IMG/VR virus record: IMGVR_UViG_3300011439_000026
Span: 1 to 44,690 of that record
Origin: a virus
Lineage: Duplodnaviria > Caudoviricetes
Length of the DNA stretch: 44,690 nt
Direction: 5' to 3' (one strand)
Both the position numbers and the translations under genes were made by a program. Under the pieces are notes generated by a model, which made no database searches, had not been told where the DNA came from, and saw only the letters and a program-made list of their open reading frames with translations. The first letter of the stretch is position 1, and each line of letters begins with the position of its first letter. Below are positions 7,781 through 17,514 of this stretch, piece after piece.

Positions 7781-8757
7781 TCCAGCCGCGCCTGCACCCC
7801 GAGCGCCTGGTTGAGCGAAAGCTGGTGCCTGCCATGACCGACGAGGAGGCCAAGCGGCTGGAAGGCCACCACCCGGCCGAAAGTTGGTACGACACCGTGT
7901 TCCGGGCCGACAGTCCCAGCATGCGTGCCTACAAGCCCGATGGCAGCCTGCTCTACGTCGTGTTGCGGGGGGCACTTTCGGCGGGGGCAGTGCAGTCAGC
8001 CCACAACGGCCTGCGGGGGTTTGACATCATCCCCGACAATCGTGGTGTCGCTGTCGGGCGCGACGGCCAGGGCCGCACATTGCGCACCAACATGGCCGCG
8101 GTGCGCGACGGCAAACAGTACCGCAGCCGCACCACCAAGGTGCCGCCGCATGTGCTCAAGAACCTGCGCATCGGCACGCCAGGGGTGGTGGGTTACATGG
8201 ACCGCAGCCCACGCCACCCATTTTGCCGTGGGTGCTCAGGCAATGGGCGCAACAGCGAGCGCCTGCGTGCCGTGGCCCCACTGGCGCGCGAGGTGGAACA
8301 ACTGTTTTCGTATGCGGTGCCCGACCGCTGGGCGCAGCAGCGCGCCATTGCCGACCGCACCAGGCCCGAGTGGCTGGTGGTGGGCACGTGTTTCACCACC
8401 ATCTCGGTCAACAAGAACTTTATTTCTGCCACGCACCAGGACGCGGGTGATTACAAACCCGGTTTCACCAACCTGGTCATGATCCGCAGTGGGCAGTTTG
8501 CGGGTGGGTACCTGGTGCTGCCCACCTGGCGCGCAGCTCTTGAACTAAACACCGGCGACGCGCTGTTCTTTGACCCCCACGAGTGGCACGGCACCAGCCC
8601 CGTGCAGGGGCTTTACAACCGTTACGAGCGCCTGACGCTGGTGCTCTACTACCGCACCAAGATGGCGGACTGCGGCACCATGGCCGAGGAGTTGACCCAC
8701 GCCAGGCGCACCACCCAGGCCAGCGACCTGCGCAGCAAAGGAGCACCACGTGCCTGA
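7777..8757 (+). CDS. TET/JBP-family 2OG-Fe(II) dioxygenase
   Basis: FTTISVNKNF..ATHQDAGD (HxD), HEWHGTSP (distal His), ERLTLVLYYR (2OG-binding Arg); coupled to the ParB-like gene as in other phage TET/JBP loci. Confidence 0.85.
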   Translation: MIQPRLHPERLVERKLVPAMTDEEAKRLEGHHPAESWYDTVFRADSPSMRAYKPDGSLLYVVLRGALSAGAVQSAHNGLRGFDIIPDNRGVAVGRDGQGRTLRTNMAAVRDGKQYRSRTTKVPPHVLKNLRIGTPGVVGYMDRSPRHPFCRGCSGNGRNSERLRAVAPLAREVEQLFSYAVPDRWAQQRAIADRTRPEWLVVGTCFTTISVNKNFISATHQDAGDYKPGFTNLVMIRSGQFAGGYLVLPTWRAALELNTGDALFFDPHEWHGTSPVQGLYNRYERLTLVLYYRTKMADCGTMAEELTHARRTTQASDLRSKGAPRA

Positions 8758-9199
8758 CCCCGTGCAGTTGCCGGCTGATTACCTGCCCCCGGGGGTGTTG
8801 TTCCCACCTGAGGGTGGGTTGCGTGTGTTGCCCGGCCACGTGGTGGACAAAATGCTCGCCATTGGCCTTGAGGGCATCGCCCCCGCCCTGGACCACTTGA
8901 GCCGCAAGTACCCGCACGGGTTCAACGTGTACCCGGTGTTTGCCGGCATGCTCCCGTTCAACGTGCAGCAGCAAAAACTGGTCATGACACCCGCCGATGG
9001 CAAAAGCCCTGGCGTGGCCATGATGCCGTGCTTCCTGTTCATCAGCGTGGCCCAGGGCAATGCCAACGCTTACCGGGCGTTGCCCCAGCCGGTGCTCGAC
9101 AACGGCCACCCGTTGCCCGATGAGGCGCCGGCCGAACCCACCAACCCGGCGGTGCCCAAGGGCATGCGCCTTGTCCTGCCCGAGGAGACCCAACGATGA
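8750..9199 (+). CDS. hypothetical protein
   Basis: AAGGAG RBS, GTG start overlapping upstream stop, phage-typical codon usage. Confidence 0.7.
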   Translation: MPDPVQLPADYLPPGVLFPPEGGLRVLPGHVVDKMLAIGLEGIAPALDHLSRKYPHGFNVYPVFAGMLPFNVQQQKLVMTPADGKSPGVAMMPCFLFISVAQGNANAYRALPQPVLDNGHPLPDEAPAEPTNPAVPKGMRLVLPEETQR

Positions 9200-10029
9200 T
9201 GCCCGACCTGCGCGCAATGACCACCGAGCAAAAGGCCATGATGTGGGACCACGTGGTGGGCGCCACATGGCAGGGCCTGCAAGTTGAAACGACCTGGATG
9301 CACGACGGCGACTTCACGGCCGTGGTGTTGTTGCCCCTGGCCTTTGGTGAAGCCCAGGTGCAGCCCACCGTGCTGCGCGCGATGGCGGTTTCGGCCATGC
9401 ACGAGGCCGACGCATTGGACGCCCAGCACCGGGGCATCCCCCGCCAACCCAACCCCGATGCCCCCGTGCTCGTGGTGGGGGGTGAGGACATGACCCCGCT
9501 TGAGGACGCCATGTTCCGCGTGGGCCTGGCCCCGGTGGTGTTCCGTGACCCCAGTGCGGTGGTGCTGTTCCCCGGCTCATTTGCGGTGACGGGGCAAACC
9601 ATGCGGGCTTTTGCGCGGCTGGCCGAGGGGCAGGCCCGGGCCATCGAAGTGCACTACCCGCCCACCAACGGCGGGTTGCCGCCACAGCGCACGGGGCCGC
9701 AGGGGCCACAGCGTGATGCCCTGTTCACGGGGCACCTGGCACAACCCAAGCCGCTGGGGGCATGGCCGGCCGAGCCGCCGCAGTACGACGTGGCGGGCTT
9801 GCCGGGCGACGAGGTGGATTACACCGCCATGCCGGTCACGCGGGCCAGCGTGCCGGAGCTACCCCCGCCGGCTGAGCGGGCCAAGCGCCAACCCCGGGGG
9901 CCGCAAGCCAAGGTGGCCCAGCGCACCGGCCCGCTGAGCATGGGCACGCCCGATGGCCAGGGCATGCCGGTGCACGTGCCCGACCCGATTGAGGAGCGCG
10001 TGCCGACCAAGAACCCACAACGCCGCTGA
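9196..10029 (+). CDS. hypothetical protein with Pro-rich C-terminus
   Basis: GAGGAG RBS, ATGA overlap, high GC3. Confidence 0.7.
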   Translation: MMPDLRAMTTEQKAMMWDHVVGATWQGLQVETTWMHDGDFTAVVLLPLAFGEAQVQPTVLRAMAVSAMHEADALDAQHRGIPRQPNPDAPVLVVGGEDMTPLEDAMFRVGLAPVVFRDPSAVVLFPGSFAVTGQTMRAFARLAEGQARAIEVHYPPTNGGLPPQRTGPQGPQRDALFTGHLAQPKPLGAWPAEPPQYDVAGLPGDEVDYTAMPVTRASVPELPPPAERAKRQPRGPQAKVAQRTGPLSMGTPDGQGMPVHVPDPIEERVPTKNPQRR

Positions 10030-10060
10030 GGCCAGAGCCAAAGCGCCGGAGGTGCACAGG

Positions 10061-10339
10061 GTGCCCAAGCTGGGACGCAGTTACACGGTGGACGTGCTGG
10101 TGCCTGAGAACGGCGAGGGCGAGTACATCACGACCCCGCCCCCGGGTTGGGTGCGGGTGGCAGGTGGCCGGGGGGCCATCCGCATCACGGCCCGTGACCG
10201 CGACAAGTTTGGGCAGGCTTGCACCATTGACCACCTGTTGCTGGTGATTGACCCCGAGGCCGCCTTGCGCGACGCCTGGCCCGACATTTTCCGCCACGTG
10301 CTGGACGCACCGCCGGCCAAGGTGCCCACCAATGGCTGA
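10061..10339 (+). CDS. hypothetical protein
   Basis: GGAGG 10048-10052 before GTG 10061; stop overlaps portal start. Confidence 0.6.
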   Translation: MPKLGRSYTVDVLVPENGEGEYITTPPPGWVRVAGGRGAIRITARDRDKFGQACTIDHLLLVIDPEAALRDAWPDIFRHVLDAPPAKVPTNG

Positions 10340-12146
10340 CAACCCGGTGCTCAGCATGGCCATCGGCCCCGTGCCCGAGCCCACGGCCACCGTAGCCGAA
10401 TCATTTGGGGCCGAGTCGGTAACCCTGCGCGCTGCCCCCACGCAGGCCCAACAAGGCCCATGGCAACCCGGGTGGCTCAACCACGGGCTCATGGGCATCC
10501 GCAGTGCTGGCCTGATGGACCGCGTGCACGAGGCCCAGCAAGAAGCCCGACGCCAAAAGGCCGAGGACGAGCCCGCAGGCCGCGCCAGCCGGGACACCGA
10601 CGTTGCCCGCCGCGGTGGCCGGTACGGTGCCTCGGGCGACTACGTGGACCCGCCGTTTGACCTGCACCGGCTGGCCTTCCTCTTGTACCTGTCGCCTGAC
10701 TACTTTGCCGTGGTCGATCAAATGGCCGTGGACATTGCCGGCGACTGGCTGCTGGTGGACCGGGGCAAGAGCTACAGCACGCTGCGTGGCGAGGTGCTGA
10801 TGGACGCTGCCGCCAAGGCCCAGGCGACCGAGGCCCGCGGCTGGCTCGACAGCCTTACGCGCGGGTTCGATGACGAGCCCATCAGCGTGACCGAGTTTTC
10901 CAACCGCCTCTTCATGGACCGGCTGAGCATGGGCAACGCCTATGCCGAAGTGGTGCGTGAACCCACCGGCCGGCCCAGCCGCCTGATTCACGTGCCCGGT
11001 TACCTGGTGCGGCGCCACGCGCAGGGTGGGCGGTACGTGCAGGTGGACGACATGAACCGGCCGATGGCCTACTTCCGCCGGTTTGGGGTAGCCCCCACCG
11101 ACCGCGATCGGGTGAGCCCCGAGGAGTACGGCTACAGCAACCAACCCGTGGGCAGCCTCAAAAGCGAACTGGCCGATTTCCACCGCTATCACCCGGCCGA
11201 GCGGTACTACGGGGTGCCGCCCATTGTGTCGGCGTTCAATGCGGTCTGCGGCAACATTTTTGCCAGCAATCGCAACGTGCGTTTCTTTGTCAACCGGGGC
11301 ATCCCCGACTACGTGTGCATGGTCAAGGCCAGCAGTTCGGTGTGGGGCAAGAACAAGGCCGAAATGGACTCGGTGGTCAACGTCATCAAAGACCACATGA
11401 AGTACCTGCTTGAGGGCGAGGACCACCGTACGCTGGTGTTGCGCCTGCCCACGGGCGAGATTGAGGTCACGTTCGAAACGATTGGCGGTGTGCCCAGGGA
11501 CCAGGAGTGGGGCAACTTTCAGCACGACAACACCGACACCATCCTGCGCGTGTACCGCATGCCGCCCAGTCAAATCGGCATCATCGAAACGGCCCACCTG
11601 GGCAGCGGCACCGGCGAAAACCAGGCCGAGCGGTACAAGCGGGCCCAGGTTGAGCCCCCGCAACGGCAAGCCGAGGCGTTTTGGGACCTGATCCTCGACC
11701 AAGGCGGGTACGACCTGGTGCGTTACCGCTACGCCGAACTGGACATCATTGACGAGCATGCCGAAATCGCCAGCTACACGGCGGCCAGCGCCGTGGGCGA
11801 CATCAGCGTGAACGAGGGCCGCGCCTGGTTGAGCCGCATTGTGAAGGACCAGGACTTCCCGCCCGAGGAGCACCAGTACGCCACCATGCCGTGGCGGTTG
11901 GTGCAGTTGATTGCGGCCGAGTTGGCGGCAGCGGGGCAGGTTTCTCCGTTGGGTGGCTCCGGTGCTGCGGCCCCCGGGCTCATCTCGACGTTGACCGGGC
12001 AACGCCCGGGCCTGCCCCGCCCACCTGCCGCGGCCGACGTGGGCGCCATGCGCACCCCACGGCCCATGCCCCAGGCGCAGCAAAGCCGGTTTGACCGCGC
12101 GCGGCAGCGGTTTGGCCTGCTGCCCACCAACGGAGCGCAGCCATGA
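10332..12146 (+). CDS. portal protein
   Basis: MGNAYAEVVR, RYYGVPPIVSA, NVRFFVNRGIPDY, ILRVYRMPPSQIGI and ISVNEGR portal motifs; lies between terminase and head genes. Confidence 0.9.
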   Translation: MADNPVLSMAIGPVPEPTATVAESFGAESVTLRAAPTQAQQGPWQPGWLNHGLMGIRSAGLMDRVHEAQQEARRQKAEDEPAGRASRDTDVARRGGRYGASGDYVDPPFDLHRLAFLLYLSPDYFAVVDQMAVDIAGDWLLVDRGKSYSTLRGEVLMDAAAKAQATEARGWLDSLTRGFDDEPISVTEFSNRLFMDRLSMGNAYAEVVREPTGRPSRLIHVPGYLVRRHAQGGRYVQVDDMNRPMAYFRRFGVAPTDRDRVSPEEYGYSNQPVGSLKSELADFHRYHPAERYYGVPPIVSAFNAVCGNIFASNRNVRFFVNRGIPDYVCMVKASSSVWGKNKAEMDSVVNVIKDHMKYLLEGEDHRTLVLRLPTGEIEVTFETIGGVPRDQEWGNFQHDNTDTILRVYRMPPSQIGIIETAHLGSGTGENQAERYKRAQVEPPQRQAEAFWDLILDQGGYDLVRYRYAELDIIDEHAEIASYTAASAVGDISVNEGRAWLSRIVKDQDFPPEEHQYATMPWRLVQLIAAELAAAGQVSPLGGSGAAAPGLISTLTGQRPGLPRPPAAADVGAMRTPRPMPQAQQSRFDRARQRFGLLPTNGAQP

Positions 12147-12640
12147 GCGTCATGGGTGGGCTGCCGCCCGACCCCAGCAAGCACCGGCGCTTTGTGCCGG
12201 CCGACCAGGTGCCACCCCCACCACCGCGGCCCGCGCCCGCGCAAATCATGGCGATCACCTGCCCCAAGTGCGCGGCCACGCACCGCGTGCCCATGGGTGC
12301 CGGGGTGCTCCTGTGCAAGGCTGACAAGCCGCCTTGGTTTGGCCGTTACCGCGGCTGTGGTTGGTTCTTGGCGCTCACGCCACCCCATGCCGGTGGCGAC
12401 CGGGGCCATGCCGATGCCGTGATGGACTGCGCCCGGTACTTCATGGCCGATCATGGCGAGTTCCGTTTCACGCGGGCGTTGCAGGTCAAGCTGTACCTGG
12501 CGGTGTGGGAGCGGTGGGAGCGCCGCGGCATGGGCAAGGTGATCAAGTTGGAGGACGGCAACCTGGCGTGGCAGCCGCGCAAGGGCGACGAGGCCGCAGC
12601 CCTGGCCACCAGCCAACTGCCAAAGCAAGCGCGCCAGTGA
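12143..12640 (+). CDS. hypothetical zinc-ribbon protein
   Basis: CPKC...C...C, ATGA overlap with portal. Confidence 0.65.
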   Translation: MSVMGGLPPDPSKHRRFVPADQVPPPPPRPAPAQIMAITCPKCAATHRVPMGAGVLLCKADKPPWFGRYRGCGWFLALTPPHAGGDRGHADAVMDCARYFMADHGEFRFTRALQVKLYLAVWERWERRGMGKVIKLEDGNLAWQPRKGDEAAALATSQLPKQARQ

Positions 12641-12662
12641 TTACCAAAGGTCACCCCGTGCA

Positions 12663-12917
12663 ATGAAAGCACGCATGACGGTGCGCATTGAGCGTGGCCC
12701 GCTTGTTTACGAGGAGCGCGTTGACATAGATGAGGATGCGCTGCTGGGTTCGACTCCCTACAAAGGGGCGGCCATTGACCAAGGGTACGCCGAGGCTGGC
12801 CGGGCGATGATCGACAAGTTTATCCAGCAGTACCTGTTTCCGATAATGCGCACCGAGCTTGAGCTTGAGGAATCGCGGCGGCGTGACGAGGCCAGCAGGG
12901 GGAACGTGGGGCCATGA
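12663..12917 (+). CDS. hypothetical protein
   Basis: 84-aa ORF filling the gap, ATGA overlap with next gene. Confidence 0.6.
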   Translation: MKARMTVRIERGPLVYEERVDIDEDALLGSTPYKGAAIDQGYAEAGRAMIDKFIQQYLFPIMRTELELEESRRRDEASRGNVGP

Positions 12918-13999
12918 CAATGGCCAAGGTCGCCCCGGCTGAGTACACCACCCGGCCCACGAGCCTGGGCAAGGCACCCGGGTTGGGCACCGCGCGTGGC
13001 CAATTGCGGCGCGGGGTGCCACTCACCACCGCCGAGCGGCACCTGCGCCAGGCCATTGCCGCCGACAGCAAGGCCCTGGCCGCAGCCGTCATGGCCGCCC
13101 TGCGCGAGGCCGGCGCCCTGGACCGCCTGGCTGCCGATGCTGCCAAGTATCTTGACACCAGGGAGGACGACCGCAGGCGCGAGGAAAAGCAACGGCGCCC
13201 CACACCCACTGGCCGTGGGGGCACCCGCCTTGGGGCCGATGCTGCCAAGGACCTGCGGCAGGTGTTCAGCCGCGAGGCCCTGGGGTTTTTAGCCGAGTTG
13301 ATAGAAGACCCCATTGATGCCTTTGAGTTGGGCCTGGCCAGTACCCTGGACGCCGACTACCACGACCTGTTCGACCTGGGTGGCCGTGCCGCCCGGTTGT
13401 CCCTGGGTGTGCGCGGTGGGTTTGACCTGCGCAGCCCGGCAATTGCCGAGGCCCTGCAAGGGCGGGCCAACATGCTGGCCGGCAACGTGGCCGACGACGT
13501 GTTTGACCGCATCATCACCACCATTGCCCAGGAGTTCTACCTGGATGGCGAGAACCCGCTGACGGTGGCCAAAACGTTGGCGCAGGAGTTTGATTGGCTG
13601 AGCCAGGGGCGGGCCGAGCGCATTGCCCGCACCGAAAGCTTGACCGTGACCGAGGAGGCGCAGTGGACCACCTACGCGGCCAGCGGGGTGGAGTGGAAAC
13701 GGTGGCTGACCACGCTCGACGGCAAGGAGCGCCCCACCCATTTTGACGCGCACGGGCAACTGGTGCCGATTGACGAGCCGTTTGAGGTGGGCGAAAGCCT
13801 GCTGATGTACCCCGGCGACGCGGACGGGCCGGCCGAGGAGATATGCAACTGCCGGTGCGCGCATCAAGCGGTGGTGGTGGCTGAGCAGGTGTTCAATGAC
13901 CGCGCGGTATGGAACGGCGACAACGACCCGGACCAGTTCAGCAAGGAGCGCATCGCCGAGCGCCGTGCCGCCGAGGAAGCTGGGGACGAACCCGAGTAA
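12914..13999 (+). CDS. minor head protein (Mu gpF / SPP1 gp7 family)
   Basis: RAERIARTE, KRWLTTLDGKERPTH, YPGD...EICNCRC. Confidence 0.9.
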   Translation: MTMAKVAPAEYTTRPTSLGKAPGLGTARGQLRRGVPLTTAERHLRQAIAADSKALAAAVMAALREAGALDRLAADAAKYLDTREDDRRREEKQRRPTPTGRGGTRLGADAAKDLRQVFSREALGFLAELIEDPIDAFELGLASTLDADYHDLFDLGGRAARLSLGVRGGFDLRSPAIAEALQGRANMLAGNVADDVFDRIITTIAQEFYLDGENPLTVAKTLAQEFDWLSQGRAERIARTESLTVTEEAQWTTYAASGVEWKRWLTTLDGKERPTHFDAHGQLVPIDEPFEVGESLLMYPGDADGPAEEICNCRCAHQAVVVAEQVFNDRAVWNGDNDPDQFSKERIAERRAAEEAGDEPE

Positions 14000-14015
14000 C
14001 CGGAGGCAGGTGCGT

Positions 14016-14372
14016 GTGCGGCTGGGGCGCAAGCGGTGGGAGGAACAGCGCCGCGAAATACAGCAGCGGGACGGCGAGCCCAAAGAGCGGCCGATTGCCC
14101 CTTCGGGCCGGCCGTACATCGAGGTGCGGTGCCACAAGTGCCACAAGCTGCTGGCCTATACCGAGCGGATGCACGGCGACTGGGTGATGCTGCCGCCCGA
14201 CCGGCCCCCCCCGCCCCCCGAGCCTGGCGTGTTGACGCTGCCCAACGCGCCCGACGTTAGGCTCATTCCCGCGGGGGCGGGGGTCGTGGCCCTGTGGTGC
14301 CGCAGGTGCGGCGAGCAGCGCTACACGCACAGCCCCATCGGGGGCCGCAACCAAAACGGAAAAAACACTTGA
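14016..14372 (+). CDS. Mu Com-like zinc-ribbon protein
   Basis: GGAGG 14002-14006; EVRCHKCHKLLA ... WCRRCGE matches the Com-type CxxC/CxxC pattern. Confidence 0.6.
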   Translation: MRLGRKRWEEQRREIQQRDGEPKERPIAPSGRPYIEVRCHKCHKLLAYTERMHGDWVMLPPDRPPPPPEPGVLTLPNAPDVRLIPAGAGVVALWCRRCGEQRYTHSPIGGRNQNGKNT

Positions 14373-14397
14373 CACGCCCGTTGCCCACTGATATGTA
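14369..14397 (+). promoter_or_regulatory. putative sigma70-type late promoter
   Basis: A-rich upstream tract, perfect TTGACA 14369-14374, 17-nt spacer containing extended -10 TG, then TATGTA 14392-14397. Confidence 0.6.
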
Positions 14398-14426
14398 GGG
14401 CGCAGGTAAATCGGTTTTCGCGGCTC

Positions 14427-14474
14427 ACGCAGCCCTGTTCCACCGCGAGGTGGGGCCGGGCTGCGTTTCTTTTT
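14427..14474 (+). terminator. intrinsic-terminator-like hairpin
   Basis: ACGCAGCCC...GGGCTGCGT outer stem, CCACC-GCGA-GGTGG inner stem, followed by TTCTTTTT. Confidence 0.65.
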
Positions 14475-14491
14475 GCCCGTGGGGGGTGGCG

Positions 14492-15649
14492 ATGCCGGTC
14501 AAGCAAGTGGACGTGCACACCCACACCGTCCTGCTGCCCGATGGCACCGAGGCCATGACTGGCCCCCCGGTGGGCGAAACCGAGCACGAGGAGCCCGCGC
14601 CCGAGGTGGCCGTGCCCGAAAAGCGTGCCGTGCAGGGGGGGGCAAAGAGTGCCCCGGCCCCCCCCGACACCACCGAGGACGTGCACCTGGTGGTCAGCCG
14701 CGCCCTGGACGAGCGCAAGGCTGATGCCCTGCCCCCCGAGGCGCGCGAAATCTACGACCGCATGCGCACGAGTTACCTGCGGTTTGTGGCGCACCGCCGT
14801 GCCCAGGGCGGGGGCAACACCAAGTCCGGCCGCCCGCTTGAGGACTACGCCGACATGCTCGCCTGGCGTGGGGTGGCCCAGCAGTACGACCTGGTCAAGC
14901 CCGCCAAACGCGCCCCCGCCCCTGCCCCCCGGTTGCAGTTGGCCAAGGGGCCACCCATTTTCATCGTCGCCAGCAGTGACGGGGGTCGCTACTTCGTCCC
15001 CGCGCTCCTCAAATGGCGCGATGCCGAACTGCACCACGAGCGCATCGAAAACCGCCCAGTGCCGGGCACCGAGGGCGTGGTGGTGGTCACGGGCACCACC
15101 CGGCCCAATGGCCGCAAGAACATCATTGGCGTGTGGGTGCCCTATGCCGTGGCCGGCGACCAGCCGCACGGCGGTGGTGCCGTCAGTTGGGTGCACCGCA
15201 ACTGGGAGTTGGTTTGGCGGGTGGGCATGGCCGACGTGGACTTGGCCGCCAGCGTGCGTGACCCCATTTTCAAGTTTGTCAGCAAGGCCAAGGACGCAAA
15301 GGAACGCACCACCTACGGCGTCGTGTACACGCCGTTTGAGTTTGACCTGCAAGGGCAGTACGCCACCGAGCGCGAAGTGCGGAAGATGGCGCACCGGTTC
15401 ATGGCCGCGCACGAGGGCCGCGCCAAGGTCATGCACCGCACGCTTTACACCGCCACCGGCGACCCGGTGGGCGAAATCGTCGAGTCGTGGCTGGTCAAGT
15501 CCCGTGGCAACCCCAAGGAGCCTTACGGCTCGTGGATGATCGGCACCCGGTGGCACCCAAGTGTGTGGCCCGACGTTGAGGCGGGGCGCATCCGCGGGTT
15601 CAGCATGGGTGGTGACTGGACGGTGGTGCCCATCAAGGAGGCCGCGTAA
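14492..15649 (+). CDS. prohead serine protease (XkdF-like C-terminal domain)
   Basis: ERTTYGVVYTP..DLQGQY..EVRKMAHRFM, IVESW, GSWMIG, GRIRGFSMGG. Confidence 0.85.
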   Translation: MPVKQVDVHTHTVLLPDGTEAMTGPPVGETEHEEPAPEVAVPEKRAVQGGAKSAPAPPDTTEDVHLVVSRALDERKADALPPEAREIYDRMRTSYLRFVAHRRAQGGGNTKSGRPLEDYADMLAWRGVAQQYDLVKPAKRAPAPAPRLQLAKGPPIFIVASSDGGRYFVPALLKWRDAELHHERIENRPVPGTEGVVVVTGTTRPNGRKNIIGVWVPYAVAGDQPHGGGAVSWVHRNWELVWRVGMADVDLAASVRDPIFKFVSKAKDAKERTTYGVVYTPFEFDLQGQYATEREVRKMAHRFMAAHEGRAKVMHRTLYTATGDPVGEIVESWLVKSRGNPKEPYGSWMIGTRWHPSVWPDVEAGRIRGFSMGGDWTVVPIKEAA

Positions 15650-17071
15650 ATGCCCCTGCCGCGCCTGTTGTTCAGCGACATTGAGGCCGCCGCGGATGAG
15701 GTCATTCTGGCCGAGGAGATCCTGGACGGCCGTGTGGGCGAGGTGAGTGGCGTGGACCAGCCCGCCACGGCGCGCGAGTTTACCGCTTTCAAGGGCATGG
15801 GTTTCGACAAGCCCCCCGTGAGTGGGTACACCGCGTGCCTGGCCCGTGATGACATGCCGACACCCACGAGTTGCGAGGGCGGCACCGACGAGGACCACAA
15901 CCTGCGCCGTGCGCTTGAGCCCGACTACGCAGGGCACAACTTTGCGCACGACTATGCCCACGCCAAGGCCACGCCCGAGGGGGCCGACCCCGAGGCGTTC
16001 GACCAGTGCGTGCAGGACATCGTTGCCAAGATTGAGGACGGCACCGTGGTGCCCGATGACCCCGACGCCGACCCAAAATCGGTTGGGTTTGCCATGTGCA
16101 CCGCGAGCGGTGCCGGAATGGGAAAGGACATAACCATGAGCGTGACGACCGGCACCCCGCCCGTGCCCGAACTGGGTGCGGCCATCGACATGCCAAGCAT
16201 TGGCGACAAGGTGGATGGCGACGACCTGGTGGCCATTGGCACCAGCTTGGGCCTCACGCCCGAGCAGGCGGCCGAAACCAGCAAGGCGGTGCTGACCGAC
16301 TGGGGTGCCGTGTGGGACCCCACCTTGGCGCTGGTGCCAACGGGCACCACGGCTGAGCAACTGGTGGCGGGGGCGGCCAAGAGCCTTGGTTACCGGGACA
16401 CGGGGCCGAGCATGGCGCTCAAGGGCAAGAGCCATTGGCTCGACAAGGTGAAGGCCATTTTTGGCGAGAACGACCGCAAGCCGGGCGCGCAGGTGCTGGC
16501 CAAGGAACTGCGCTACCTACAAAAAACCGTGGAGGGGGTCATGCAAGCACAGGAAAAGAGCAGCGCCGACCTGCGCTATGCGTTTGACGCGCTGCTGCAA
16601 GCACAGGCGGCCGACCGCCGGTTGATGGCCCGCGCCATGGGCATTGACCCGGCAGTGATTGACGAGGACGAGGCCGAGCCCAAGCCGGCCGCGGCCCCAG
16701 CCCTTGCGGCACCGGGCAAGGCCGTGGGGCAAAAGGACGAGCCCCCGCCCCCGGATGCCGCGCAGGGTGGCGACCCGATGGAGGCCCGCATGTCGGCCGT
16801 CGAGTCGGCGGTCAACCAGATTGTGCCCGCGGTCAACCGCATCCTTGAGGCCCTGGGCGCCGGTGGTGGCAGTGCGCCAGCCACCGAGCCGGCCAAGCGG
16901 GTGAGCACCCCGCCGGAGCCGATCGCGGCGCGCCGCTTTGGCGCCAAGGCCACGCAGGGGGCCGGTGGCCCCACGGTGCCCAGCACCCTGTTTGGTGGTA
17001 TGCCGATCAGCCGTGCCGACCGTGAGGCGGCCATTGAATCCATGGGCGTGGGGCGGTACGTCCGCCAGTAA
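15650..17071 (+). CDS. capsid scaffold-like protein
   Basis: AAGGAGG RBS; N-terminal EVSGVDQPA; acidic, Ala/Pro-rich and coiled-coil; lies between protease and capsid. Confidence 0.6.
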   Translation: MPLPRLLFSDIEAAADEVILAEEILDGRVGEVSGVDQPATAREFTAFKGMGFDKPPVSGYTACLARDDMPTPTSCEGGTDEDHNLRRALEPDYAGHNFAHDYAHAKATPEGADPEAFDQCVQDIVAKIEDGTVVPDDPDADPKSVGFAMCTASGAGMGKDITMSVTTGTPPVPELGAAIDMPSIGDKVDGDDLVAIGTSLGLTPEQAAETSKAVLTDWGAVWDPTLALVPTGTTAEQLVAGAAKSLGYRDTGPSMALKGKSHWLDKVKAIFGENDRKPGAQVLAKELRYLQKTVEGVMQAQEKSSADLRYAFDALLQAQAADRRLMARAMGIDPAVIDEDEAEPKPAAAPALAAPGKAVGQKDEPPPPDAAQGGDPMEARMSAVESAVNQIVPAVNRILEALGAGGGSAPATEPAKRVSTPPEPIAARRFGAKATQGAGGPTVPSTLFGGMPISRADREAAIESMGVGRYVRQ

Positions 17072-17085
17072 AAGGAGCCGACCCA

Positions 17086-17499
17086 ATGCCGTTGACCCCG
17101 TGGATTGATGTGCCGTGGACGCGGGTGCCACCCAAGCCCAAGGCCGAGCCCAAGCTCAATACCGAACTGCGCCTGACCGGGGCCGACCGTTCGATTGCTA
17201 AGAACGAGCCGCTGCTGACCTGGTTGGCCAAGTGTTACGCCGAGTTGTTGGCCGAAGGCCCGACCGCATGGCCGTGCTTTTCGACCAAGGGCCTTGGCGA
17301 GTTCTTGCACGCCACGCGCACCCCGGTGCCGGCGGCGGGCGAAAAGGCAGCGGGCCGGTTGACGGCCATTGACCTGCCGGCTGCACTTGCCGCGCCCGAG
17401 GGCTGCGTCAAGTGCTTGACGGGTGCATCGTTCCTGAGCCAGGACACAGGGACCGTGTGCCAGCACATCCACCATCGCCGCGCGTTGGCGCGCCTGTAA
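17086..17499 (+). CDS. hypothetical protein
   Basis: AAGGAG RBS; C-terminal CxxC...CxHxH. Confidence 0.7.
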   Translation: MPLTPWIDVPWTRVPPKPKAEPKLNTELRLTGADRSIAKNEPLLTWLAKCYAELLAEGPTAWPCFSTKGLGEFLHATRTPVPAAGEKAAGRLTAIDLPAALAAPEGCVKCLTGASFLSQDTGTVCQHIHHRRALARL

Positions 17500-17514
17500 G
17501 GGGGAGAAAGCCCA

